This document shows positions 1 through 9,017 of a stretch of DNA of 52,169 bases, piece after piece; the first letter of the stretch is position 1; each line of letters opens with the position of its first letter. The notes under the pieces are model-generated. The model was not told the origin of the DNA and ran no database searches. It saw only the letters and a list, made by a program, of their open reading frames with translations. This DNA is from Candidatus Aenigmatarchaeota archaeon. GTDB lineage: Archaea > Aenigmatarchaeota > Aenigmatarchaeia > QMZS01. The translations under genes were made by a program, and so were the position numbers. The stretch is from contig QMZV01000002.1 of the NCBI GenBank assembly GCA_003663355.1, positions 1 to 52,169 of the forward strand. The letters are read 5' to 3'.

Positions 1-574
1 AAAAAATATTGAAATTCTCTCCAATTTTTTCTTTAAATTTTTTCGGAATAAAAAATCTGTAAATAGGTTTTCCAATCTTTCTTATTAATTTTTCAGTTTT
101 CAAAACAAAAATTCCAATAAGGAACAAAACAAAGAACAGAATAAATAAATAACCTAAATTAAAAAAATTAGAGAACAAAGTGAATACTCCAAAGATTCCA
201 AAAAGAAAAAGAACAAAAACATCATTAACTCTATCAATAAAAACAGTTAACAAACCCTTTCCAATTTTTGATTTTAAAAATTTTGCCCTAAGAAAATCTC
301 CAACTCGCCCAGGAGTTATCAAGCCAGCGCCAAAACCAGCAATCCAGGCAACAATTGCTCTCCCTAAAGAAATTCTATCTTCTTTTTCAACAATCAAGAG
401 CCATTTTACAGACTTTACAAAAATTGTTGGAATAATAAACAGAAGAGAGATAAAAAAATAAAAAATATTAACTTTTTTAAAACAAGTCAAAAGAATCTTT
501 AAATCAATATTTAAAAGAAGATAAATAAAAATAATAATTCCTATAGAAGCAAACAATTTATAATATCTTTGCAT
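1..574 (-). CDS. Membrane protein, flippase-like / lysyl-PG-synthase TM-region (UPF0104-like) family; 5' part only, continues past window start
   Basis: Own minus-strand translation from ATG 574-572: MQRYYKLFASIGIIIFIYLLLNIDLKILLTCFKKVNIFYFFISLLFIIPTIF...AIVAWIAGFGAGLITPGRVGDFLRAK... It stays open to position 1 and has several hydrophobic helices. It lies head-to-tail with the GT2 gene. It is absent from the ORF track because it has no stop inside the window. Confidence 0.55.
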   Translation of the reverse strand, partial: MQRYYKLFASIGIIIFIYLLLNIDLKILLTCFKKVNIFYFFISLLFIIPTIFVKSVKWLLIVEKEDRISLGRAIVAWIAGFGAGLITPGRVGDFLRAKFLKSKIGKGLLTVFIDRVNDVFVLFLFGIFGVFTLFSNFFNLGYLFILFFVLFLIGIFVLKTEKLIRKIGKPIYRFFIPKKFKEKIGENFNIF

Positions 575-675
575 AAAATAAGTTCAATTATATTTTCTAT
601 TGGCAAAAATCTTCTTTTAGGAATATAGCATGAGAAAGTTCTACAATCTGTTAAAGACCTGTCTGAGATAAAAAA

Positions 676-1326
676 CTATAAATCTAATATTTTTCTTTTT
701 AGCAAATAAATGAAATTCTCTATTCCATTTTTAACTGTAACTCCTTTTATATAAGTTGGAGAATTTATTTTTATTGAAGTATGACTTAAATTGTGTTTTG
801 ATATTTCATAGATAATCTCGCTTTCTATTGCATATTTATCTGCACTTAAATTTATTTTCTTTACAGCCTTTTTTGAAAAACCCTTATATCCGCTTTCAGT
901 ATCTTTCATCTTTGTTCCGCAAATTAAATTTGTCAAAAAATTAAGCCAGAAATTTCCAAATTTTTTAATTAGTGGATAGTTTTTTATATCTCTTTCTCCA
1001 AGAACAAAATCGTATCCTTCTTTTATCTTTTCTACAAATTTTGGAATATCTTCTGGTAAATGCTGTAAATCAGCATCAAGTGTTATGATAACATCTGCAC
1101 CAAGAGAAACAGCTTTTTTTAATCCCTTTCTTCTTGAAAATCCAACACCTTTGTTTTTCTTATTTCTTAAAACAATAGCCCCTTGTTTTTTAGCAAGTTC
1201 AAAAGTTTTGTCTTTTGATCCATCATCTATTATAATAACTTCATCAACAAATTTCTTTGTTCTCTTAATAACCTCAGAAATTGTTTTTTCTTCATTATAA
1301 GCAGGAATAACAGCAACAACTTTCAT
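676..1326 (-). CDS. Family 2 glycosyltransferase (dolichyl-phosphate sugar transferase-like)
   Basis: N-terminus MKVVAVIPAYNEEKTISEVI...VIIIDDGSKDKT and the later TLDADLQH (DxD-type) motif are typical GT2 signatures. Confidence 0.85.
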   Translation of the reverse strand: MKVVAVIPAYNEEKTISEVIKRTKKFVDEVIIIDDGSKDKTFELAKKQGAIVLRNKKNKGVGFSRRKGLKKAVSLGADVIITLDADLQHLPEDIPKFVEKIKEGYDFVLGERDIKNYPLIKKFGNFWLNFLTNLICGTKMKDTESGYKGFSKKAVKKINLSADKYAIESEIIYEISKHNLSHTSIKINSPTYIKGVTVKNGIENFIYLLKRKILDL

Positions 1327-1378
1327 AATATTTTAGAGGAAATTTTCAATTTTTAGAGTATTACACTATAATGAACAA

Positions 1379-1792
1379 CTATTCAGGAATTTTAACTTTA
1401 TTCAGTGCATCAACATATTTCTTCAATCTCAAAATTTCACTTTCAATCTTCTTTGCATCCTTGCCATTTTCTGATTTCAATTCTTCAATTGCAATTTTAA
1501 TTCCTCTATTAATTTTCATCAAAACAACCTTTTTCAGAGCCAACAATAAATCTCCTTCTAATTCAACATAAACCTCCTTGCTTTTATCCTTTCTAAATCT
1601 TCTAACAAGTCCGAGAAGTTCCAGCAAATCTAATGAGAGCGAGATTGATGGCAAAGAGTACTTTGTCTTCTCTGCGAGTTCTTTCAAAGATAATTTTTTG
1701 TGAATGAACAAACTTGCAAGAATTGAAGCATGGACTCTTGAATAACCTAAAGTAGAGACCAAATTTCCAAAAATTTCATAAACTTTCTCCAT
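1379..1792 (-). CDS. Winged-helix transcriptional regulator (MarR/GbsR-like)
   Basis: 137 aa. The segment LSLKELAEKTKYSLPSISLSLDLLELLGLVRR looks like an HTH plus wing. It is divergent from the radical SAM gene, with only 27 bp between the two starts. Confidence 0.6.
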   Translation of the reverse strand: MEKVYEIFGNLVSTLGYSRVHASILASLFIHKKLSLKELAEKTKYSLPSISLSLDLLELLGLVRRFRKDKSKEVYVELEGDLLLALKKVVLMKINRGIKIAIEELKSENGKDAKKIESEILRLKKYVDALNKVKIPE

Positions 1793-1819
1793 TTATATAT
1801 TTTTAAAAGATATAAAATA

Positions 1820-3415
1820 ATGTATAAGCAAAAATTGCCGAAGAAGACAAGTTCTTTATGTCCAGTATGTGCTAAAAAGATTCCTGCGAGAGTATTTGAG
1901 AAAGGAGGAAAAGTATGGATCGAGAAAACCTGCCCAAAACACGGAAAATTCAAAGAAGTTTATTTTGAAGATTTTGAGATGTATGAGAAATTCAGAAAAT
2001 TCGGTTATAATGGAAGGGGTGTTTCAAATCCGAATACTAAAAGCACTGGAAATTGCCCTTTTGATTGCGGTTTGTGTAGTAATCATAAATCCCATACTTG
2101 TTTAGCGAATATTAGTGTTACCAATAGATGTGACCTCCGGTGTTGGTATTGTTTTTATTTTGCCAAAGAAGGAGGAAATGTTTATGAACCAAGTTTGAAA
2201 CAAATCAGGGAAATGCTGAGGGTTGGAAGAGAAGAAAAACCAGTCCCGCCAACAGCAATCCAGTTAACTGGAGGGAATCCTGAATTAAGACCTGATTTAA
2301 TAGAAATTATAAAAATCTGCAAAGAAGAAGGTTATGACCATGTTCAATTGAATACTCAAGGAACTTATAGGTTATATAAAGACCTAAAATTTGCAAAGGA
2401 AGTGAAAAAAGCTGGAGTTAATACCATATACTTAAGTTTTGATGGTGTGTCAAAGAGAGCAAATCCAAAAAACCACTGGGAAGTTCCTTATATTTTCAAT
2501 AATCTAAGAAAAGCAAATCTTGGATGTGTTTTAGTTCCAACAGTGATTAGAGGAATAAATGACCTTGAATTGGGTTCAATTGTAAACTTTGCCCTAAACA
2601 ATTTAGATATTGTAAGAGGAGTAAATTTTCAACCTGTTTCCTTGGTTGGCAGGATGCCTAGAGATGAAAGAGAAAAACAGAGAATTACAATCCCAGGAGT
2701 GATTAAAAATTTAGAAGAACAAACAAAAGGAATAATATCAAAAGAAGATTTCTATCCAGTTCCTGTTGTTAGACCAATAACAAGATTTGTTGAAGCGATA
2801 ACAGGGAAACCGCAATATTCTCTAAGTTGCCATTTTGCATGCGGAGCAGCGACTTATTTATTCCTTGATGGGGATAAAGTGATTCCAATAACAAGATTTG
2901 TTGATGTTGAAGGCTTTCTTGAATATTTAGACAAAAAAGCAGAAGAGATTGAAAATAAAAAAAATAAATACATTGTTGCCTTAAAAATTCTCTTTAATCT
3001 GAAAAAGTTCATTGACAAAAAGAAAGAACCAAAAAATCTGAATTTCTATAAATTGCTTTTTAATGCTCTAATAAAACACAATTATAAAGCTTTGGGAGAA
3101 ATCCATCACAGAAGTTTGTTTATTGGAATGATGCATTTTCAGGATTTGTATAATTACGATGTTGAAAGAGTTGAAAGATGTGTAATTCATTATCTAATGC
3201 CAAACAAAAAAATAATTCCCTTCTGCACTTTCAATGTTCTGCCAGAATTTTACAGGGATAAAGTACAAGAAGAGTTCAGCATAAAGACAGAAGAATGGGA
3301 AAAGAAAAATAAAAGAAAACTGAAAGATGACATATATCACAGAGATATTAAAAAATTAGAATCTGGAAAAATTTACAAAAAAACTTATTTTAACTTAAAG
3401 AATTTTTTTGCATAA
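1820..3415 (+). CDS. Radical SAM enzyme with N-terminal Zn-ribbon and an extra Cys cluster (tetraether lipid synthase Tes / GDGT-MAS-like architecture)
   Basis: CPVC...CPKHG ribbon, CPFDCGLCSNHKSHTC cluster and the canonical CDLRCWYC (CxxxCxxC) radical SAM motif; 531 aa. Assignment to the Tes family is from remembered architecture, not from a search. Confidence 0.75.
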   Translation: MYKQKLPKKTSSLCPVCAKKIPARVFEKGGKVWIEKTCPKHGKFKEVYFEDFEMYEKFRKFGYNGRGVSNPNTKSTGNCPFDCGLCSNHKSHTCLANISVTNRCDLRCWYCFYFAKEGGNVYEPSLKQIREMLRVGREEKPVPPTAIQLTGGNPELRPDLIEIIKICKEEGYDHVQLNTQGTYRLYKDLKFAKEVKKAGVNTIYLSFDGVSKRANPKNHWEVPYIFNNLRKANLGCVLVPTVIRGINDLELGSIVNFALNNLDIVRGVNFQPVSLVGRMPRDEREKQRITIPGVIKNLEEQTKGIISKEDFYPVPVVRPITRFVEAITGKPQYSLSCHFACGAATYLFLDGDKVIPITRFVDVEGFLEYLDKKAEEIENKKNKYIVALKILFNLKKFIDKKKEPKNLNFYKLLFNALIKHNYKALGEIHHRSLFIGMMHFQDLYNYDVERVERCVIHYLMPNKKIIPFCTFNVLPEFYRDKVQEEFSIKTEEWEKKNKRKLKDDIYHRDIKKLESGKIYKKTYFNLKNFFA

Positions 3416-3418
3416 AAA

Positions 3419-4339
3419 ATGTTTTTGGGAATTGATGGAGGAGCAACAAAAAGCACTTTGGTTTTAATTGATTTAAAAGGAAAAAAGATTTTTGAAACAA
3501 GTGGTAAAAGTTTAAATTACAGAAATTTGGATAGAGAAAAATTTATTCAAAATTTGAATGAACTAATTATTAAAGCAAAAAAGAAAGGGAAAATTTTATT
3601 TTCCTGTCTTTCCCTTGCAGGCATAGATACCGAGACTGACAAAAAAAGAGTTATAAATATTATAGAAAAAAGCAGAGTAAACAAAATTCTAAAATCTAAT
3701 TTTATTGTTAAAAATGATATAGAAGTTTTATTGCCAACTGCCAATATTGAAGATGGAGCAGCAATAATTGCAGGAACAGGTTCAAACTTTTTTGCAAAGA
3801 ATAAAAATAAAATAGCAAGAGCTGGAGGCTTAGATTATATTTTAAGCGATGAGGGGAGTGCTTTTGATATTGGACAAAAAGTTTTAAGAGCATCTGTCAG
3901 ATCAAAAGATGGTAGAGGTGAAAAAACAATTCTGGAAAAAATGGTTTTAAAAAAAGTTGGAATTAAAAATATAAGAGATTTGGTAAATTTAATTTATGGA
4001 GAAAATTTAAAACAAAAAGTTGGCGAATTTGCTCCTTTGGCTGAGATTGCTTTAAAAAAGAAGGATAAAGTTGCAAAAAAGATTCTTTTGTCTTCTATTG
4101 ATGAACTTGAAAACGGAATTATAACTGTAACAAGAAAGGTAAAGTTAAAAGGAGAATTCAAAATCTGTCTTGTCGGAAGCGTTTTCAAAAACAAATATAT
4201 ACTAAACAAATTAGAAATTAAACTTAAAAAGAGATTTAAAAATGCAAAGATAATAATAATAAAAAATCCTGCAATTGGTGCTGCTAAATTGGCAAAGAAA
4301 GAATTTGAAAAATTATCCAAAGCAAAATTTCAGAGTTAG
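3419..4339 (+). CDS. BadF/BadG/BcrA/BcrD-type ATPase (N-acetylglucosamine kinase-like)
   Basis: MFLGIDGGATKSTLVL phosphate-1 motif, AIIAGTGSN and LSDEGSAFDIG motifs of the ASKHA sugar kinase fold. Confidence 0.7.
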   Translation: MFLGIDGGATKSTLVLIDLKGKKIFETSGKSLNYRNLDREKFIQNLNELIIKAKKKGKILFSCLSLAGIDTETDKKRVINIIEKSRVNKILKSNFIVKNDIEVLLPTANIEDGAAIIAGTGSNFFAKNKNKIARAGGLDYILSDEGSAFDIGQKVLRASVRSKDGRGEKTILEKMVLKKVGIKNIRDLVNLIYGENLKQKVGEFAPLAEIALKKKDKVAKKILLSSIDELENGIITVTRKVKLKGEFKICLVGSVFKNKYILNKLEIKLKKRFKNAKIIIIKNPAIGAAKLAKKEFEKLSKAKFQS

Positions 4340-4488
4340 TTTGTTTGTTTCTTCTTTGGAATAAAATAAATAAACCATACAAACCAGACAATCCATAATG
4401 CTTGTAGATAGTCTCCATTAATAATTCCATAAATTCCTTGGAATCCCATAAATCCCAGAAAACCCAACATCCAAGCTTTTTGCACCAT
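4336..4488 (-). CDS. Possible 50-aa small membrane protein
   Basis: Own translation: MVQKAWMLGFLGFMGFQGIYGIINGDYLQALWIVWFVWFIYFIPKKKQTN. It has two hydrophobic segments and a basic tail. It falls below the ORF-track size cutoff and has no other support. Confidence 0.3.
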   Translation of the reverse strand: MVQKAWMLGFLGFMGFQGIYGIINGDYLQALWIVWFVWFIYFIPKKKQTN

Positions 4489-4534
4489 AATATCGTTGTT
4501 TATTTTTATTAAGTATATGACAATGAAATTTTTT

Positions 4535-4611
4535 AGCTCAAGTTTAACACAAACCTTATAAATCCATTAGGAAGTTAAAAATTTTGGTCTACAAAATTTA
4601 TATCAACATTT
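4535..4611 (+). repeat. Interspersed repeat, copy L1 (about 80 bp)
   Basis: agCTCAAGTTTAACACaaaCCTTAtAAATCC...GTTAAAAATTTTGGtCTACAAAATTTAT..ATCAACATTT aligns by eye at roughly 85 percent identity with 30993-31076. Confidence 0.8.
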
Positions 4612-4623
4612 ATAATCTAAAAA

Positions 4624-5175
4624 TTAAATAGTAAATCTCTCTTTTAACTCTCTTGATGTGAGTTCCATAGCATTTTCGTATGCTTTGCCAAGTGCATGCC
4701 TAAAAGGATTTTTTAGCGCATCATCAATTTTTTCCTCAAATTCTTCTAATGATGAAGAATACTTTTTATATTTTCTAATTTCACCAAGAATATTGCTTCT
4801 CAAATCTGATAGATCTTCAACTTTTTTAACTTTTTCCTTTACTATATCATCTATTTTTCTCCTTTTTTCAGTTTCAGAATAATCAGGATATTTTTCATAC
4901 ACAAATCTTTCTACAGCTTCTCTGGAACAATTCATTGCATAAATTTCAGCCAATTTTTTTATATCCAAATCTTCACAATATTCTTTAAGTAATTTCTCGA
5001 GTTCTGATTTTCTTGTATTTTGGTCTTCAATTTTGTTTATTTCTTCAAATCTATCTTTGTATTTTTCCAGTTTTAATTCAGCCTCTTTAAAATTAAAGTG
5101 ATATATTTCTGCTCCACATTCTTCTTTATCTTCTTCAGTAATTCCCATTTCTTTAAGATTTTCTACAAGTTTCAT
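4624..5175 (-). CDS. Hypothetical acidic, helical protein
   Basis: 183-aa ORF with non-repetitive, Glu/Lys-rich composition. No recognisable motif. Confidence 0.55.
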   Translation of the reverse strand: MKLVENLKEMGITEEDKEECGAEIYHFNFKEAELKLEKYKDRFEEINKIEDQNTRKSELEKLLKEYCEDLDIKKLAEIYAMNCSREAVERFVYEKYPDYSETEKRRKIDDIVKEKVKKVEDLSDLRSNILGEIRKYKKYSSSLEEFEEKIDDALKNPFRHALGKAYENAMELTSRELKERFTI

Positions 5176-5423
5176 TAATTAAATAAGAAACTTTAAATAA
5201 TTTTGTTAATTTGTAATTGTTCTGTAATGTGTGTGATTAATATTTTATAGTGTAGAGATTTTAAACTCGTCTTTGACAAGAAAGCCTTAATTGTTTCAAT
5301 TTATAATAATTTTGTTGACATTATTGTTAATACAAAAATCCTGATTAATTTTTGAGTTTACAAAAGTGTCAAACTTAGGCTCTAAACTTTTTAAGTTATA
5401 TAAGAAAACCTTTGATAGTATTT

Positions 5424-6764
5424 ATGGAAATAGACGAGAGCATTTTTCGGGCCTATGATATTAGAGGAATTTATCCGAGACAAATAAATGAAGAACTCGC
5501 ATACAAACTTGGAAGAAGTTTTGCAACATTCAATAAAGGCAAAATAGTTGTTGGAAGGGATGCTCGTATAGGAGGAGAAGTTTTAAAAGAAAATTTAATC
5601 AAGGGTTTGATTGAAAGCGGGGCAGAAGTAATTGATATCGGAATTGTTCCCACTCCCTTGATAATATTCTCAATTAAGTATTATAATTTTGATGGAGGAA
5701 TTTGCATAACTGCCAGCCACAATCCAAAAGAATATCAAGGTTTCTTGTTTTACAACAAAGAAGGAATAGGAATTGGTTTAGAAAACGGTTTGGAGGAAAT
5801 TAAAGAAAATGTTCGTTCTGAAAAGTTTACAGAAGGCAAAGGTATTCTCCTGAGAAAAAACATTTTGCAAGATTATATTAATTTTATATCCGATAAGATA
5901 AATATTAAAGATGCGAAAATGAAGGTGGTTATTGACTGCGGAAACGGTGTTGCTTCTGTTGTTTTGCCAAAACTTCTGAACAGATTTGGAATAGAATATT
6001 TTCCATTATTTTGTTCTCTGGATGGAAATTTTCCAAACAGGGACCCTGAACCAAGAATGGATAATTTAAAAGCTCTGCAAGAAAAAGTTGTTGAATTAAA
6101 AGCAGATTGCGGATTTGCTTATGATGGAGATGCTGATAGAGTTGTTGGTGTGGATGAAAAAGGAAATGTTCTCACTCCGAATCAGTTTTTTTGCGTATTA
6201 ATCAAAAGTTATTTAGAAAACAAAAAAGAAAAGGTTGTGCACGATTCTTTAAGTTCTCTCACAATAGACGAACTGGTTAAATATTATAAAGGATTTCCAA
6301 TTGGGTGCAGAGTTGGGCACGTTTTTATTCAAAAAAAACTTCTAGAGGAAAATGCAGCAATAGGCGGAGAGATATCCGGACATTATTTTTTCAATGAACT
6401 TTTCGGGGCAGATGATGCTTCATTTGCAACTTTAAAAGTTTTGGAATATTTGAATAAGAAAAAAATAAAATTGTCAGAGGTTTACAAAGAACTGCCCAGT
6501 TATTATTTTGATTCTATAAGAGTCAAGACAAAAGAAGAAGAGAAATTTAAATTCATAGAAAATCTGAAAACAGAGTTCAAAGAAAAAAATTATAAAATTG
6601 ATTGCTCCGATGGTGTCAAAATAATTTTTGATGATTCCTGGATTTTATTAAGAGCCTCCAATACGGAGCCAAAAATTTCAATAGCATACGAATCAAAAAC
6701 AGAAGAGGGATTTGAAAAACTAAAAAAGTTTGTAAATGAAATTGTAAAAAAAATTCCAAAATAA
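5424..6764 (+). CDS. Phosphohexomutase (phosphoglucosamine / phosphoglucomutase / phosphomannomutase family)
   Basis: Active-site TASHNP (CITASHNPKEYQG), metal loop YDGDADR, sugar loop GGEISGH. ATG at 5424 is preferred over the TTG at 5412 used by the track. Confidence 0.9.
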   Translation: MEIDESIFRAYDIRGIYPRQINEELAYKLGRSFATFNKGKIVVGRDARIGGEVLKENLIKGLIESGAEVIDIGIVPTPLIIFSIKYYNFDGGICITASHNPKEYQGFLFYNKEGIGIGLENGLEEIKENVRSEKFTEGKGILLRKNILQDYINFISDKINIKDAKMKVVIDCGNGVASVVLPKLLNRFGIEYFPLFCSLDGNFPNRDPEPRMDNLKALQEKVVELKADCGFAYDGDADRVVGVDEKGNVLTPNQFFCVLIKSYLENKKEKVVHDSLSSLTIDELVKYYKGFPIGCRVGHVFIQKKLLEENAAIGGEISGHYFFNELFGADDASFATLKVLEYLNKKKIKLSEVYKELPSYYFDSIRVKTKEEEKFKFIENLKTEFKEKNYKIDCSDGVKIIFDDSWILLRASNTEPKISIAYESKTEEGFEKLKKFVNEIVKKIPK

Positions 6765-6765
6765 T

Positions 6766-7932
6766 ATGCAGGCGGTGATACTGGCAGCTGGAAAAGGAAC
6801 AAGAATGTTGCCTTTAACAGAGACCAAACCAAAACCTTTGTTAAAAGTCGCTAACAAAACAATTTTGGAGCATAACTTGGAACAGTTGAGAGAAATCGCA
6901 GAGGAGGTTATTATTGTTACTGGATACAAAAATGAATTAATTGAAAATTTTTTCGGAAATAAATTCAAAGACATTGAAATAAAATATGTTAAACAAAAAG
7001 AGATGTTAGGAACTGGAGATGCTCTAAAAACGGCATCAAATTTATTAAAAGATAAATTTCTGGTGTTGAACGGAGATGACTTGTATTTCAAAGAGGATAT
7101 AAAAAAAGTTTTGAAGCAAGAGCCTTGCATATTGCTGAAAGAAAGCGAAAATCCGGAGAATTTTGGTGTTGTAATGATTGAAAATAATGAAGTTGTTGAG
7201 ATTGAAGAAAAACCAGAGGTCCCAAAGGGAAATCTTGTAAATACCGGGCTTTATTTTTTAAATAAAAGTATTTTTGATTTCAAGATAGAAAAAAGCAGTA
7301 GGGGAGAATACGAGTTAACAGATTATGTAAAGAAAATTTCAGGACTGAAGTTTGCAATTGCAGAAAACTGGTTCTCCTTGACTTATCCTTGGGATTTACT
7401 TGATGCTAATGAATTTCTTTTAAAGAATATTGAGAAAAAAATAAAAGGCAAAATTGAAAATTGTTATATTGGTGAAAATGTGCAAATAGGGGAGGGAACT
7501 GTAATAAAAAGCGGCAGTTACATAGAAAGCAATGTCATTATTGGAAAAAATTGCAAAATAGGTCCGAACTGTTATATAAGAGGAAGCACTGCAATAGGAG
7601 ACAATTGTCATATTGGAAATGGAAGTGAAATAAAGAATTCTATTCTCTTTGAAAATTCAAATTGTCCTCACTTAAATTATGTTGGCGATTCAATAATAGG
7701 CAGCAATTCTAATCTTGGCGCAGGAACTATTATCGCAAATTTAAGACATGATGAAAAAGATATAAAGGTAATGGTAAAAGGAAAATTAATAAGTACAGGA
7801 AGAAGAAAATTTGGAAGTATTATTGGAGACAATGTAAAAACGGGGATTGGAACTTTAATATATCCTGGAAGAAAAATAGGTTCAAATAAAACAACAAAAC
7901 CTGGAGAAATTTTAAAAAACAATCTTGTTTAA
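6766..7932 (+). CDS. Sugar-1-phosphate nucleotidylyltransferase fused to a left-handed beta-helix acyltransferase (archaeal GlmU-type)
   Basis: MQAVILAAGKGTRMLPLTETKPKPLL nucleotidyltransferase signature, with C-terminal hexapeptide repeats (IGENVQIGEGTVI..., IGDNCHIGNGSEI...). It starts 2 nt after the mutase stop. Confidence 0.85.
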   Translation: MQAVILAAGKGTRMLPLTETKPKPLLKVANKTILEHNLEQLREIAEEVIIVTGYKNELIENFFGNKFKDIEIKYVKQKEMLGTGDALKTASNLLKDKFLVLNGDDLYFKEDIKKVLKQEPCILLKESENPENFGVVMIENNEVVEIEEKPEVPKGNLVNTGLYFLNKSIFDFKIEKSSRGEYELTDYVKKISGLKFAIAENWFSLTYPWDLLDANEFLLKNIEKKIKGKIENCYIGENVQIGEGTVIKSGSYIESNVIIGKNCKIGPNCYIRGSTAIGDNCHIGNGSEIKNSILFENSNCPHLNYVGDSIIGSNSNLGAGTIIANLRHDEKDIKVMVKGKLISTGRRKFGSIIGDNVKTGIGTLIYPGRKIGSNKTTKPGEILKNNLV

Positions 7933-7953
7933 AAATTTTCTTTAATTTAATTA

Positions 7954-8481
7954 ATGGAAAAAATAATTAAAATTCCAGAGGGTGTTGAAGTTTGGGTAGA
8001 AAACTTTAAAGTAAGAGTTAAAGGAAAATTAGGAGAGTTAGAGAGAAATTTTTATAATAGAGGAACAGCAAATATATTAAAAATTGAAAAATTAGGTAAC
8101 GAAATAAAAGTTGGGGTTGAAAACAAAAAGGGAAAAGCATTGTTAGGAACAATAACAGCACATATTCGTAATTTGTTTAAAGGAGTTACTTCTGGATATA
8201 GTTATAAATTAAAACTAACATACACGCACTTTCCAATCTCAATAGAAGAAAAAGGAGATGAAATTGTTGTCTCAAATTTCCTTGGACAAAAAGAAAATAA
8301 AAAAATGAAAATTCCTAATAATGTAAAAATAGAAATAAAAAAAGATGATATAACTGTTTCTGGAATAGATAAAGAACTTGTTGGACAAACAGCAGCTAAT
8401 TTAGAAAAATTGACAAAACTTAGCAAAAGAGATAGAAGAAGATTTCAAGATGGTATTTTCATTGTTGAGAAACCAAGTTAA
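7954..8481 (+). CDS. rpl6: Ribosomal protein uL6 (L6P)
   Basis: IPEGVEVWVENFKVRVKGKLGELERNF, a duplicated L6 fold pattern and the C-terminal RRRFQDGIFI. Confidence 0.9.
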   Translation: MEKIIKIPEGVEVWVENFKVRVKGKLGELERNFYNRGTANILKIEKLGNEIKVGVENKKGKALLGTITAHIRNLFKGVTSGYSYKLKLTYTHFPISIEEKGDEIVVSNFLGQKENKKMKIPNNVKIEIKKDDITVSGIDKELVGQTAANLEKLTKLSKRDRRRFQDGIFIVEKPS

Positions 8482-8494
8482 TATTTTAAAAATA

Positions 8495-8974
8495 ATGAAC
8501 TTAACCCTAAAAAAGGAATGCAGAGAAAAATTGAGAAAACCAATTGGAAAGCTGATTAAAAAGGAATTGCTTAGAGAATTAAAAAATAAAGAAATAATAA
8601 CTGTTGGGGATAAAACTACGCAGACAATTCTTGGTCTTGGTTTAAAACCGAAATTGGCAATAGTTGATTATAGAATTGAGAGAAAGAATATAGAATTTAA
8701 TTACAGAAATTTCTCAAAAAAATTGAAAGCAAAAAATAAGCCGGGGCAGATTTCTATTGAATCTGTAGAAAAAATAAAAGAATCAAAAAAATATAAAAAC
8801 TGTCTTTTGGAAATTGATGGAGAAGAAGATTTGCTTGTTTTACCTTCTGTCCTTGAATTAGAAAAAGGAATTGTGTGCTATGGGCAACCAAATGAAGGAA
8901 TTGTTGTTATTAAAATTAACAATAAAAGTAAGGAAAAGGTAAAAAATTTATTTAAGGAGTGTTTTCAAGTGTGA
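8495..8974 (+). CDS. GTP-dependent dephospho-CoA kinase (DUF359 / COG1909 family)
   Basis: ITVGDKTTQTILGLGLKPKLAIVDYRIERK and EIDGEEDLLVLP match the archaeal DUF359 pattern. ATG at 8495 is preferred over the upstream alternative start that overlaps uL6. Confidence 0.7.
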   Translation: MNLTLKKECREKLRKPIGKLIKKELLRELKNKEIITVGDKTTQTILGLGLKPKLAIVDYRIERKNIEFNYRNFSKKLKAKNKPGQISIESVEKIKESKKYKNCLLEIDGEEDLLVLPSVLELEKGIVCYGQPNEGIVVIKINNKSKEKVKNLFKECFQV

Positions 8975-9017
8975 AAATTAATCAAAACTTATTATTTTAA
9001 ATTATTCTCTAATTTTT

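Noticed and set aside
180-461. Track ORF 180..461 (+), 93 aa
   Set aside because: It is antisense to a longer, membrane-protein-like frame that is open from 574 to the window start. Its own sequence is low-complexity (K/P/I-rich), as expected for the reverse strand of an AT-rich gene.
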